Shown: positions 20,801-30,800 of the stretch, piece after piece
Numbering within the stretch: the first letter of the stretch is position 1
Layout: each line of letters starts with the position of its first letter
Origin: a virus
Virus record (IMG/VR): IMGVR_UViG_3300006874_000013
Span: 9,115-73,114 of that record
Direction: 5' to 3' (one strand)
DNA length: 64,000 nt
Made by a program: the position numbers and the translations under genes
The notes under the pieces: model-generated
The model's database searches: none
What the model was told of the DNA's origin: nothing
What the model saw: the letters and a program-made list of their open reading frames with translations, nothing else

Positions 20801-23800
20801 TTCAATACCATCTACGTTATTAAGTACCAAAGAATGGTGTGTATCATCAGCGGTCGATGTGTTATTAAATACGTCCGCATAAGCCACGTTTGCATCTAAT
20901 ATTTTTGTTAAGTCATTGCTAACAGGATAGTGTCCTATTTCAACATATGATTGCTGTCTCAGTGCTTTACCTGGTGCAAAGGCATTTGTAAAGGTACTGT
21001 TATTAGTTACAATTCTAGCTCTTTCCGCTTGTCTTACATGTGGTTCAACGTCTGGATCTACCCAAAAAACTCCTTGCAATGAAGCAAAGCCTCCTAAGCC
21101 TACATCAGCATTACCATAGCCTCTGTCTTCACGCTCGGAAGTTGTTGAACCATCTGGATTTCTTGTGGCATGCATGTCATACGTATATGATTGACCAATA
21201 GTAGCAGGTCTTCTTGCACGTACATATCTATCAAAAATTTCTGTGGTTCCTGTGGCGTTTCCGTTAACATCAAATTCTTGGACTTCTCTTGTGACTTTGA
21301 AAAGTTCATTTTCTACTACAGTGTATTGAGGTGTCCAAGCGTCATTGATTGTTTTATCTGCAGTACGTCTAGGTGAATAATCTACTACAGTGACTTTTGG
21401 TGGATTATTATAATCATATCCAAAACCGCCATTCAATAATTCTATTGCCGCAATGCCGCCATTTTCATCTAATGATGTTACAACTGCCGCCGCACCTATA
21501 CCAGAACCGTCTCCGGCTTCTCCGCTCGAATCTATAACAATTTGTATATAATTAGGGTCGCTATATCCTGCGCCGGCACTATCTATACAAATCATTGTGA
21601 TAGGACCACGTGGGTCTTGTACTGGTGTTCCACCTACTAATCTTAATCTATCGCCTATCTGATATCCACTACCACCTGTGCTGTACACAGATACATTAGA
21701 TTCTGTTTCTGTAACTTGTGGTAACCACACATTAGGTGCTTCTCCTTTTGAAAATCCCATTTCTCGAAGTTCTGCTTCAGATGGTATGTATTCAACAAAT
21801 CTTTCTAGATTTGGATCAGGGTCAAAGTCGTGATACTTTGCTTTGAGCTTTTCTGCAAGTGTTGCATTTTCAGGGTCATCTAATTCATCAGGCGTGTGCC
21901 TTAGAGATAAAAATGGGCTTCTACCTTGATCTACTAATTGTGTTTTGAGATACGATTGCGGATATGGTTTTTGACTTGATTGTTGTCCTCTTTGTACAGG
22001 ATATGTTCCACCAATAACATCATTGGCACTAAAAATTGTGGCATTAGCAGTTTTTGCAATACTTTTATGCGTGTCTGCTCTTTGCTCAAACCCTCTGTTA
22101 ACATGAAAGTCACCAACTTGTTTGTATTTTCCTGCTCCACAGCCATTAGCAATATTAAATGGCATACCATCGCAACTTGACAAAACAATTTCTTTATCGC
22201 CAGTACTGCCTGCTGATACTTCGGCTCTAATACCAGATCTCAAACAGTTAACTTGTGTTGCTATGTCTATTACACCGTTACCTCTGAAAATAACTTTACG
22301 CCCGTTTAGCAGTAACTCAGAACCTCTGTTTAATCCTGTCATATCTCCTTCAGGTATTACAACATTTGGGACTGGTGCTCTAAATTCAACTCTTGCTGGA
22401 GGGCCTGCAGGTTCCAAGAATCCGCCTGGTCCAAATTCCAGAGGAGTAATATCCATCATTTGTATATTATTATATTTTATATCATCAAATGGTTCTGCAT
22501 ATTCTAATGGTTCTGGAATGAACACATCATCCTCTTGTGTAGCAGAATATCCTGTACTTGCATTTCTTGGTTGAGATGTGTTTGGTATTGTAGGAGTGTC
22601 ATCAAACGGTACAGTAATGCTGTCATCGGTTGTTGGTCTACCTGATGTTACATTATTAACAGGTTGCCCATTTACATAATATTGTGAACCTACTTTTACA
22701 GGTTGATAAGATATTGTCCTGCTAGTTTTATTTAGATTTAATAAGTTTTGTAAATTTTTAGCCCATGGTTCTTGGTTAGCATCATATGATTGAAGAGGTG
22801 TTGATTCTCTGGCTACTGTTGTTAACTTTTTAGCCAGAGGTATTACAAAACCTCCACTAACACGTTGCGTAGTTTGATTTACATATCTATCAGTTGAGAG
22901 TTCTTGACTAAATCCTACTTGTTGTAAATCTGATAATTTAATTCTCTTTGGTGCTTTTGCAGTTGAAGGTATAAATTTATTACCACTATAAGGCTTTGCA
23001 TAATAAGGACTACTATTACCTGCTTTTACACTTCCTAATTCTTCAGCATTAAATGCCGCAAAATATTTTTCTTTCAACGAAGCATTATCGTCTACAACAC
23101 CTTCTTTATAAGTGTAATTGCTTAATGGAGTATCAAATCCCTTTTGTAGACTTACACATTGATTAATTATTTGTTGCTGATCATTGCCTGCCCAATATGC
23201 ATTTAATGTCAAACAATGTGCTAATGCTTGTGAACACAAGATAGGTTTTCTGCCTTCGGCATCTGATGCGCCTACATACATAGAACCCATAGGCGTACCT
23301 AAACATGATAACCCTATTCTTTCATCAGTTAAAGGAACGTCTATTTTATATGGAACCATTGCAGTATCAGGTATAGATACCTGAAGAGCTATATATTGCC
23401 TAGTTGCAGGTGCGTCTTCTGCCGTTGAACTTCCAGTGTTGTCGTAATTAGTGCCTACTGTGGCCCACGAGCCATCAAAGTTACTACTGTCAGTAAAGTC
23501 AGCATAGATCCTTTCATAGTTTTCTGGTGGTCCTTTTAACGTTTCAAAATTGTTTTCAGTGACACCTCTATATGTTTTCCAGTTTGTAAATCTAGTTACA
23601 AAATTGTATTCAATGCCTTTTGAATTATAAATTAAGCCATAATGTCCTACACTGGGTTGACCAGAATTTTTTAGCATTGGTGTTCTGGAAATTGCTTTGC
23701 TCCAATCGTTGCCATTGAGTTTGTAGTGCCAAAATGCAAATGCTTTATGCTGTGCAGACTCGTGCCAAATCTTAATGTATTCAGCTCTCATGTATCTCCA

Positions 23801-24769
23801 CAAATCACCATTTTGTTTCCAGTATTCGCTTGTCCATGGTATTACTGGAGGTAAACCTACACCTGCTTGAATCTTACCGCCTATAGAACCAAACGCATTC
23901 TGAGCACCAGGAATATATGCTGGGTTACCAATTTTTAAGTTTTCATATATCCATGCAGGGCTTAAATTTTCAGGATTTGCAAGTTTCATATCCTCAAACG
24001 TTTTTGTTTTGTCAAACATTGAACCAGTTACTAACCTTGCCAATTGTAATTCATAAAAAGCATAGTCTCTTTGAGATATGCCGTCTGGCATACCTGGCAT
24101 CTGAGTATAAGGATCAGCATTTAATATTGTGTCTGCCCAACGATCTAAAAGTTGTACCTTTGTATCTCGATTCATTACAGTTTCAAAAAAGTTTGCTGAC
24201 TTAAATTCTGTCTGTAAATACTCTGAATTATTTGCGTTATGATATCCTCTAAAAATTGCTTGCCTAAAGTTTAATGAACCCATATCTTTAAGGCGAGAAT
24301 ATTTGATAAAGTTTTTATACCATGCTTCTCTGCTATTACTTTGGCTTACATAAGTTCTATCATCATTGAATATTGGGATAGGAGTAAATGATCTTGTTGT
24401 TGGAAAATCAAATCCTACACTTCTAAAATTGTTAAAGAAATTTTGTGCTGGAACTTCACTCCATGGATTATGATCGGCTTCTTTGTACTCTAGTGTCCAC
24501 TCAAATAAACTTTTTCTGTAGCCAGTTGGGTCTGCAGATTCTTGTGCTACTGCAAAGTTAGAAGAATTCCACACTGTCCATAATCCTTCGAGTTCTTTGA
24601 AGTTGCTGGAAAAACTTGCTAATGATCTAGAAGTGTCTAAATCTTTACCGTTCAACTTTTGCCAATCATGAAAAAGTAGCTCGAAGCCTGGCCAAGAATA
24701 TGGGCTGAGATTTCCTACTTGTGAATCAATCTCTATAGAATCAGTTGTGGTATAATTTTCAACAGCCAA
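14855..24769 (-). CDS. Giant virion/baseplate protein (3304 aa), TTG start
   Basis: TTG preceded by GGAAAGAGGA RBS and a late promoter; GSGY-type repeats; C-terminal part with WDPFKG, GKVWWD, EVKPFSSKIREY motifs that I associate with large-phage baseplate wedge proteins. Confidence 0.75.
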   Translation of the reverse strand: MAVENYTTTDSIEIDSQVGNLSPYSWPGFELLFHDWQKLNGKDLDTSRSLASFSSNFKELEGLWTVWNSSNFAVAQESADPTGYRKSLFEWTLEYKEADHNPWSEVPAQNFFNNFRSVGFDFPTTRSFTPIPIFNDDRTYVSQSNSREAWYKNFIKYSRLKDMGSLNFRQAIFRGYHNANNSEYLQTEFKSANFFETVMNRDTKVQLLDRWADTILNADPYTQMPGMPDGISQRDYAFYELQLARLVTGSMFDKTKTFEDMKLANPENLSPAWIYENLKIGNPAYIPGAQNAFGSIGGKIQAGVGLPPVIPWTSEYWKQNGDLWRYMRAEYIKIWHESAQHKAFAFWHYKLNGNDWSKAISRTPMLKNSGQPSVGHYGLIYNSKGIEYNFVTRFTNWKTYRGVTENNFETLKGPPENYERIYADFTDSSNFDGSWATVGTNYDNTGSSTAEDAPATRQYIALQVSIPDTAMVPYKIDVPLTDERIGLSCLGTPMGSMYVGASDAEGRKPILCSQALAHCLTLNAYWAGNDQQQIINQCVSLQKGFDTPLSNYTYKEGVVDDNASLKEKYFAAFNAEELGSVKAGNSSPYYAKPYSGNKFIPSTAKAPKRIKLSDLQQVGFSQELSTDRYVNQTTQRVSGGFVIPLAKKLTTVARESTPLQSYDANQEPWAKNLQNLLNLNKTSRTISYQPVKVGSQYYVNGQPVNNVTSGRPTTDDSITVPFDDTPTIPNTSQPRNASTGYSATQEDDVFIPEPLEYAEPFDDIKYNNIQMMDITPLEFGPGGFLEPAGPPARVEFRAPVPNVVIPEGDMTGLNRGSELLLNGRKVIFRGNGVIDIATQVNCLRSGIRAEVSAGSTGDKEIVLSSCDGMPFNIANGCGAGKYKQVGDFHVNRGFEQRADTHKSIAKTANATIFSANDVIGGTYPVQRGQQSSQKPYPQSYLKTQLVDQGRSPFLSLRHTPDELDDPENATLAEKLKAKYHDFDPDPNLERFVEYIPSEAELREMGFSKGEAPNVWLPQVTETESNVSVYSTGGSGYQIGDRLRLVGGTPVQDPRGPITMICIDSAGAGYSDPNYIQIVIDSSGEAGDGSGIGAAAVVTSLDENGGIAAIELLNGGFGYDYNNPPKVTVVDYSPRRTADKTINDAWTPQYTVVENELFKVTREVQEFDVNGNATGTTEIFDRYVRARRPATIGQSYTYDMHATRNPDGSTTSEREDRGYGNADVGLGGFASLQGVFWVDPDVEPHVRQAERARIVTNNSTFTNAFAPGKALRQQSYVEIGHYPVSNDLTKILDANVAYADVFNNTSTADDTHHSLVLNNVDGIEVGDLVVNVTYDADEDRGNIDLANTTRWHGYVNSIDENTNTVVIATDDNHWGKQAYDSTFTYSDPGDQSLDYKAGDTITFGHKRFTLFWVPKTLQEEPLDSPPYINAAEMIPGRTYGIRTVGNVTYTDHGADNNTIGTRFVATSAPAAGATGTVYDDNYGVDLVIRNNHDNSGAFGWSPWFFEIQHQSFVSAEAVNAIFPRHTKISIEARSTWITDYNVPAEFSESGDWWIETVNPNMQKVPAQVSALIGIDPASLGTERSGVADLLSPNAEMSADAKGMEGPLRVAKFIVTGIDGSGGITSLKCIDRGLYEIFPSDLTYGIPLEYDYEPIGFSGKLQNTEPFLENFFSSKAKVLGMGDPSRNNIFYSDIEDSYNIIQGFSVDIDQEIVEAGGKTGVDVHPEYAQVPFEKSGSLSDYGTNYKHPDWTRYPEFIYTGYPFDTNASDDKPLRWIKYNGSPGAYDPSTFVLVDIAPMLTGNWPVAPTTAKDWERFAEEAYNLGLLLRKEYAIDFDPTSTYIDANGVEQSNFGQYLRDKKVPGGTGARVFLTSQNVANCNEKGTIKEQLNLPDVVQEINAPADIARRMRDAFSGVGYDPEDLTATVDDNRDIVPLIIKTSYPGIRITSPTGDPQPPIEIPLGDYNVASYCIEGTIDVGGLTQDAATDLYKRKVQELIDSGQLGVLEAEQIRALVGPDRNVAEDAVVMTMLCVDTVGRPPVSSADNPLAGNPINFQRYPLNDNNSLFGDGDAESWMEVYEYDLQTLQGGNVFLTGSANQVTPIQVFESKRFNDNNVVTANDNLDEERNPYVGEPKAWVDNFITTEFDISIDSMPGFIEGGWAYLEYGNPIRWQTELVDVDYIQNAIIYDPETGNKEFDLNLWDPFKGVLPGFMDNEIHYITDTDPVNYNTARTTFGKDQVGKVWWDTSTVKYTWYEQGPLEERAKNWGRAFPGSSITVCEWVESKSLPQNWIGDGVPRWTNQYVTERRLDTNGEYKQMYYYWVMNRTKVDNRTKRDLGRKIDTRTLARYIANPIGYGIKLLTAISNDTLVLSNVDNNIDQEVNLQVNINNSKNNEGINHTAWKLLRENDSDNKIPDFLIEKLIDSICGQDILGNQVPADNLSEIEKYGIAVRPRQTMFADIKQARRLLVSKLNEILADTKLNTEYKNWNIGLSTNLNYVSTVNYYETIRVDELTNKKIRYDDSYKPTYKVASIEEMDRLTDLPDATVIQVQYKNNKETKLFLWNAPLSKFDLVSIKDETIEFSDRVFSDEPNTGLALELREVLTALINNVFKTNGSINEIFFELMKYAYLEQGELSWAFKTSYVYIEKEESDLIKFSGFKPDNFEKVLDYMNEVKPFSSKIREYKDGKKTPIDYIGQNALTDFDKPPYVDASTNSVRILDDFSRDDSEIMRQHKRYVDYYKQRLQDMSTNPIRKVKSTLVFDRTNWRLTTADWDKSNVTLAQSIGENIANLNLLSNASISDRTSTLVSANATIRATDRIFKYDQEVKSMFASEVNAYFNTSNASSNSNIIGNATLMTNMVEDNRLKGTFALIKEKVGGNFRGEELDGYNFTTIPDDIYYTTEKITEFGYSSLPYDDNTDKDTSVIVDNDYGTTTVGIGDLTWDRIVELKEYEGVFSGNATIRRDGNIKEGFDGITFQRVGYGEERPEELALLDPLESLIITVTTSAHANGNVQHAKVTPSAKEVTYRVHNNLFGGTDYVRIRPKTTTYITANVQINSRQIKVNNGSFLPEPTSTTPGMIWLGSERIHYGRKSGNTLSMLTRGVFGTSIEKHVTNTPVYSAQVLDHFNNLNPESNVWLDLGIIYDDIRAKWDEIEAGLDGQLGTGDDIYDAWDAIESGNITTTTVDAVVNSANSTVANVTLQSSMTLVVGEAVRLTHQSNANIYEVVSITAINGNDIEIVASYTDTLDTNLFVANATIDFKSFDYGDQSADEKWDAAEVLSNISLSLADRANVDFNNQYSIMKFLHNL

Positions 24770-24787
24770 TTTATTTCCTCTTTCCTA

Positions 24788-24795
24788 TATTTATC
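24788..24795 (-). promoter_or_regulatory. Late promoter GATAAATA
   Basis: Octamer in the 45-nt gap between the two giant ORFs. Confidence 0.65.
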
Positions 24796-24814
24796 ACATC
24801 AATAAACTAGGGTT

Positions 24815-27800
24815 TTATCTCTTCTGCTTTTCATTACCATCTTCTAATGTCGCAGAGTTGTGTACACACATATCTTCAACAAAGTAGTTATGGTATTCAC
24901 CAACATCACACAAGTGATAAACAGTATCAGTTTTGCCAGTGTTAACAATATTTGTTACAACTGCATTATCAACAAGTCCATGTAGTTCTCTGCCAATTTC
25001 TAATTTCTCTGCTTGTTCAGTTGAATCTAGTCCTGTTACATACTGCATGTCTTCTTGTACAAAGTTAGGATCTATATTAGCCCACTTACCGTCAGCAGTT
25101 CTAAATGGATGGTCTGCTGTGGTTTCAATAACAGTGCCATCGTCTAAAGTTAGTTCGTATATGTTACATGTTCTTGGAACCATTAATTCTTCGACAGTAG
25201 CATTTACAATTTCATTTGTATTGTTATCATATGATTTAACTGCATCACCTTTTACAACATCTTTAATTTCTTTTTGTGTACCATCAGCCATAGTAACTTT
25301 CATGTGTCCCGTGAAACAGCCGCCGCCACCACCTGAATTCTGTCCTGGCGGAGTACCATCTGATGGTGGTGCATCATCCTCGCAACTGAATCCTCCAAAT
25401 ATTGGATAACCTGAGATATTTCCTCCTTGAGCTCTGTTACATGTCCACATTAATCCGTAATGCCCTGGTCCACCTCTGTTACTAAACATTAATCTAATAA
25501 AATAGAATTTGTTTGCTTCTAGATACACTGCTTTTCTGTGTTGCGACCACTGGTTCCACCAATTTGCCTTTGTTTCATCTGTGGTAGTCCATCCAGTTTT
25601 CATCAACCAGTTATGTGCAGGACCATTAGCAACATTTTCTTTGCTACTTTCTAATCTGTCGGTCCAGCATCCGTTGTGTGCAACATTTGCTGTGCTGATA
25701 TAATTATACCCATTATCAGCATTAAATCCATCATCAGTGAACCATTCTTTGAAAGTCCCTGGTGCGGCATCACCGCCGCTTGGTGATGGTCCAGAGCCAT
25801 CATCTGGCACACCAATTCGGGCATAATTTTTGAAACCGCCGCTAATGTAATTTGGGTATGCGTTCCATATGTCTAAATCTGGTTCAGGCGGGCCACTTGA
25901 CAAGTAGACAATCAATTGGTCATCACCCCAACCACTAAAGTAATATACGCCTGTGTGTGGAGCAAACATATATCCTTTTAGTTCATATGAATGCTGACCT
26001 TGTCCTGAATTATATTTGTGGAAGGATTTTACAGTTCTATTTACTATTGGTGCAGACCCTGCTGTACGTGTTCGCCATGGCTTCCAAATGTTAGAGTTTG
26101 AGAAACTTTTGAAATACGAAGGAGAAATATACAAGTCATGGTACGGCCAATATACGTTGTCAACTTCACGTTTAGAACCCCACCAATCTTCTCCGTGTTT
26201 TGCATCTTGTGCAGAGTTGTTATCATCTCTGAGGGCTTTCCAGCCTTTTAATACAGCACCATTTCTATATGCTCTACTTGGTCTATTAGTATCATCACAA
26301 GAAGGTCCTGGTGGCACATAGTCATCTGGCTTTTCGCCTACAAATCTTATCACCGCTTGGTTTCTTATTATTGAAGGTCCGTCTGCTGTATCGTCAGCCG
26401 CTTCAAAATAATTATATGCATGACTGTAGTCATTAGCATACGAGCCGTTAACATCTCTAAGTGTGTTACCTGCTGTATCTGAAAGTGAAGGTACCATCCA
26501 TAATGTGATGTATTTGCCTTTATTACAATCTACATTTAATGCTCTAATATAGCCAATGCCATTGAAACCAAACTCATTGTTTTCGTTAAAGCCTTTGCCT
26601 GTCATCTCAGTGGCAAGATCACTATCCCAATCTGACCATTTAACAGAGATATCATCGTCGTTGAGTTCTGATATTAATCTTGTGAATGTTAAATCATTAT
26701 AGAGTCTTGTTTCGTTGTTTGAAATATTCTCTACATTATCATACGTGTGTAGGCCTTTGTCATTGGTATCAAATATAGCATCAACTTGTGTATATCTATT
26801 AGCACCAGATGTTAAATTTTGATCTACACCATATCTAGATATTTGATCACCATTTCTGGTTGGAATATCATTTGCATTGTTCATTGTGGTTTTAAGCAGT
26901 CGTGTGTCCGGGTCTGCTAACCAAGCACCTAGATCAAGATGATTGGTCATAACTTTGCTGGATCCAAACAACGGCTGTTTACTTTGCCATAAAACATAAC
27001 CAGTTGCATTACCCCAAGGTTTTGCTTTTATGGTGTCGTTTTCAACATGAGAATTTAGGAATACATCTATACTGCCTGATGTTGCTATTTCAACTGTTTT
27101 GCTAAAGAAGAATTGCATGTCACCACCGAATCCATATTGATTACTATCAAAAAATGCTTGACAATTTGTTAATGTATTAAGCATTAGTTGTGTAGTAAAT
27201 GATCTCCCGGCATCGGTTGTATTAACTGAGCCAGTTGGATTACTTTTTCCTTCGAGGCCGTCATTCATTTCCTCAAAGAAATACTGTGTTTCTTTTTCTG
27301 TACACACACCTGGTGCAGTTGTGCCAGGAGGCGTAGGATCATCTGGCGTTTCTATTGCTAAACAAGGACCAGGTGCCTGGGTAATTTTTGCCAGTGTGTT
27401 TACAGGTGCGCCACCCTCTACTGTGGGTACAGATTGGAAGCCTAATTGTTGTTCTAATTCGCCACTGCTGAGTAATCTTGTATTACTCAAACTGTAATTT
27501 TGTGTACTTCCTGCAACTGGTATAGGTGTTGCACTTCTAGTCAATGCTGGAAGATCTACAACTAAGGTATCGTCATCACCAGTACTAGCACTGCCAGTTT
27601 CTACAGGATCAAATTGATCTATATAACTATCAACATCATCTGGTGTGAGTATTGCTCCTGATTGGTTAATAGCATAATCAACTGTTACATTATTCCAGCC
27701 TTTTCCAGCCCAACCTGTGTCAGGTATCAATCTTCTTGTGATTGCATTTGGTGGTAATTCTGTAAGCCTGATATATTTTACACGTACAACTGTGCCGTCG

Positions 27801-30800
27801 TAATCACTGTAAATAGGTGCTGGATTGCCGTCTGCATCAAGTTGATCATAGTTATAACCTGTTATCTGATCAACGTATGTGAATGGCTCTGTCCAAAAAC
27901 ATGCAACAAATATATGTTCTGGGCGTAGTAATGTGTTGTCCTCGTCGTTGTCATTTTCATTTGCAACGCCGTCACTGACCACTTCATCAATTTCTAAATA
28001 GTCCCACCACTCTTCATCAAAGAAGAAGTTGTAATCAATTTCTCTATCAACGCCATTGATATCTTCGAATATGCCATCCCAAAATGCTTGATTAGAGTCA
28101 CCTTCTCTTGATCTGCTGTCTGGTTGCAATCCAGTAAGATCTTCTTCTGTATATCTAACACCATTAATTTCGTATAAACGTCTGTCAACGTTAAATACAG
28201 GAGGATTTACAGTAAATCTTCTACTGTATTTGAATCTAGAAATAGGCTTGTCATATGTAAGGTCACTTACATCGGGATAGTCTAATGCATCATGGTCGTC
28301 ACCTGCTTGATAATATCCACTACCGTAACCTAGTGTTTCATTATCTACTGATCCAGGGCCGCCTGATGTAGGTGCCCATTGACCTGGTGCTAGACCTGGT
28401 GTCCATAGAAGGAATTGGCCAAAGCCTGTTTGTGGAACATATATTTCTTCTCCTTCGGCACCACCTGGTAATATACCTCCTGGCTCTCCAATTGGATAAT
28501 CTATATACGTAGATAGTTTGGCCTGTGTTCCACTTGGTAATGCTGTAAAGTTTGCTATTCGATCTGAATTATTTCCACCTGCTAACGCAAAAGGTTCTGG
28601 AATCAATTGAGGGCCTACATAAGCGGCCGGTTCAACTGCTTTTAAGTTTACAATGTTTTTGGTTTTTCTCAATCTAATAGGATCTTTTGGTTCTGTAATC
28701 TTATTATCAGAATCAATTGAAGGTAATATCTCATTTCTCCAATAGTAATCTGTTGTGTCATATTGACCAAAATCGGCATACCTATTGAGAGTAGCATTAA
28801 AATCATGATCTATGTTAGGTGGATTACTCTCATCCAACTTAATATAATAAACATGATTATCTGAATTTTGTACTGCTTGGTAAATCAAAAATACATTTTC
28901 ATTTTTAATTGCACGTAACCTGTATGTAGGAATACTAATAGAATCTGAACCTGCAGTAAACGTCTTTTTATCAAGCATGTTGTATGTTTGTTGTTTTCTA
29001 CCAGGCCTCCAAGATCTACTTGAGTTTGCACTACCAGGAATTTGTTTTAGAACTAAATCCTCATTTATATAATCTAGGTTATTAGTTTGCATGTAGGTAC
29101 CAACATGAAACTCCGGCATTGGAGGAATTCTTGGTTCTTGTTTGTCATTTACAATTACACCATCTTTCACAATAGTTTCTTCGGGCACATACATTTGTAT
29201 TTCGTTATCCCAAATATAATTGATATCATCTTTAACATATCTCAATCCGTACACAGGACCTGATTGTATTGGGCCTTTATAAAAATTAGGATCTATTCTG
29301 GATTCATCCTCTGAACCAATTACCATTGAACCAGTAACAGAATTTTCTTGAATGCTATTTAATGCTTCAGTGCTTAAAACATAAGGCCCGTAATCATGAA
29401 TTAACGGTGCAGGTGTATCTCCTACAACAGGTATCCACGGACTTTTCAACATTGGAATTTTAAGTTGCATAGATGGTAATCCTGTTTTTGGATTAACTGT
29501 TGTCATGCTAGTTGGATCTGTGAAACTTTGTTTTAATTTAATAGTTCTGTTTAGGTCGTTTTCCAATGCCTGTGGATTCAAATAACTAGTTAAATGTTGT
29601 TGACTGCCTTTAAGTGTAACAACACCCTGGTCCACAGTACTTAATTGTGGATATAAAATATTTCTACCCATGTCTCTTTGTACATCAACATCAATACTAA
29701 TTTGTGTATCACTTGGTAATGCATCTGGGTGTATTACACAAACACTTCCGTCCTCTACAATGCTTACAAATCTTGGATTAACAATTTCAGCATTGCTTGA
29801 ATACTTAACAACTGTTTCTGTTAAATCTGTGCTTCTGGTTAATCCTATACTGTTAGTTGAGTTTGCAAAATCAGCATTTATGTTACCAGATTCATATGGC
29901 ACACTGCCATTGATTGTTCCTATTTTGTGATCATAGTAAATCTGTGTTGTAGTTGACTTAGCCCAACGATTATTAATGTATAATTCTTTTGGTGTAACTT
30001 TATTAATGCTGTAAATTTGATTGTATGCTTTTGGACTAGCAAAGTGTACAGCAATGCGTTTTCCATATTCAGCATATAGAGGCGATATACCATGATCACT
30101 TACTGTTTTAATTTTGATTCCTTCAGTGGTAATGGTACCTGACTGGTATCCAAATGTAAACGGAGAAGGAATTGTAATATTGCCATTTTCAGAACTTTTA
30201 ACTCTAAACATACCTTCAAAGTTATTTGCAAATACTCTCACAATATCATTATCGCTTAGTGGAAGATCTGGATTGCGTGTAACTAATTTTGTATTGTTTA
30301 AGTGTCTAACACTTAAGGCATTACCAGCAACACTATTAGGTCTTGTAATGGTAAAACTTCTTTGTGTGACATTGCTAACAATGTGATATCTACCTGTATC
30401 ACTAGAATAATCTTTATATGATTTTATAACAAATGCTAAATTGTTAATGTTACTTACAACATTAGCATCTTCGAGCAAAGGCTCATTTATATGGAGCAAT
30501 GCATTTGTAGGATTTTGTGAATAGCCAATCAGTTTATGAGTTTTTGTAAACAGTGATTGAATTTTAGCAATAGTTGCTGTGTTTGCATCTGATGGTAAAC
30601 CAAATTGTGTGTCTACATTGATGCTACCAGTAACCGTTATACTGGTATTTGCAAAACTACCACTAGAGTCATCAAGAATATTTTGATCAATTTCAGCATT
30701 TCCAAAATTCATATTAGGTGTTGCTGTTGCTGAACCACTGATACTGATTGTTGGTGTGCTAGTAAAGCCTACACCGCCATTCACAACATTTAGTGCTGTA

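Noticed and set aside
24770-24815. Assembly or sequencing error splitting one ORF
   Set aside because: The gap has its own late promoter and a strong RBS before TTG, and the upstream ORF ends in a complete Hint domain.
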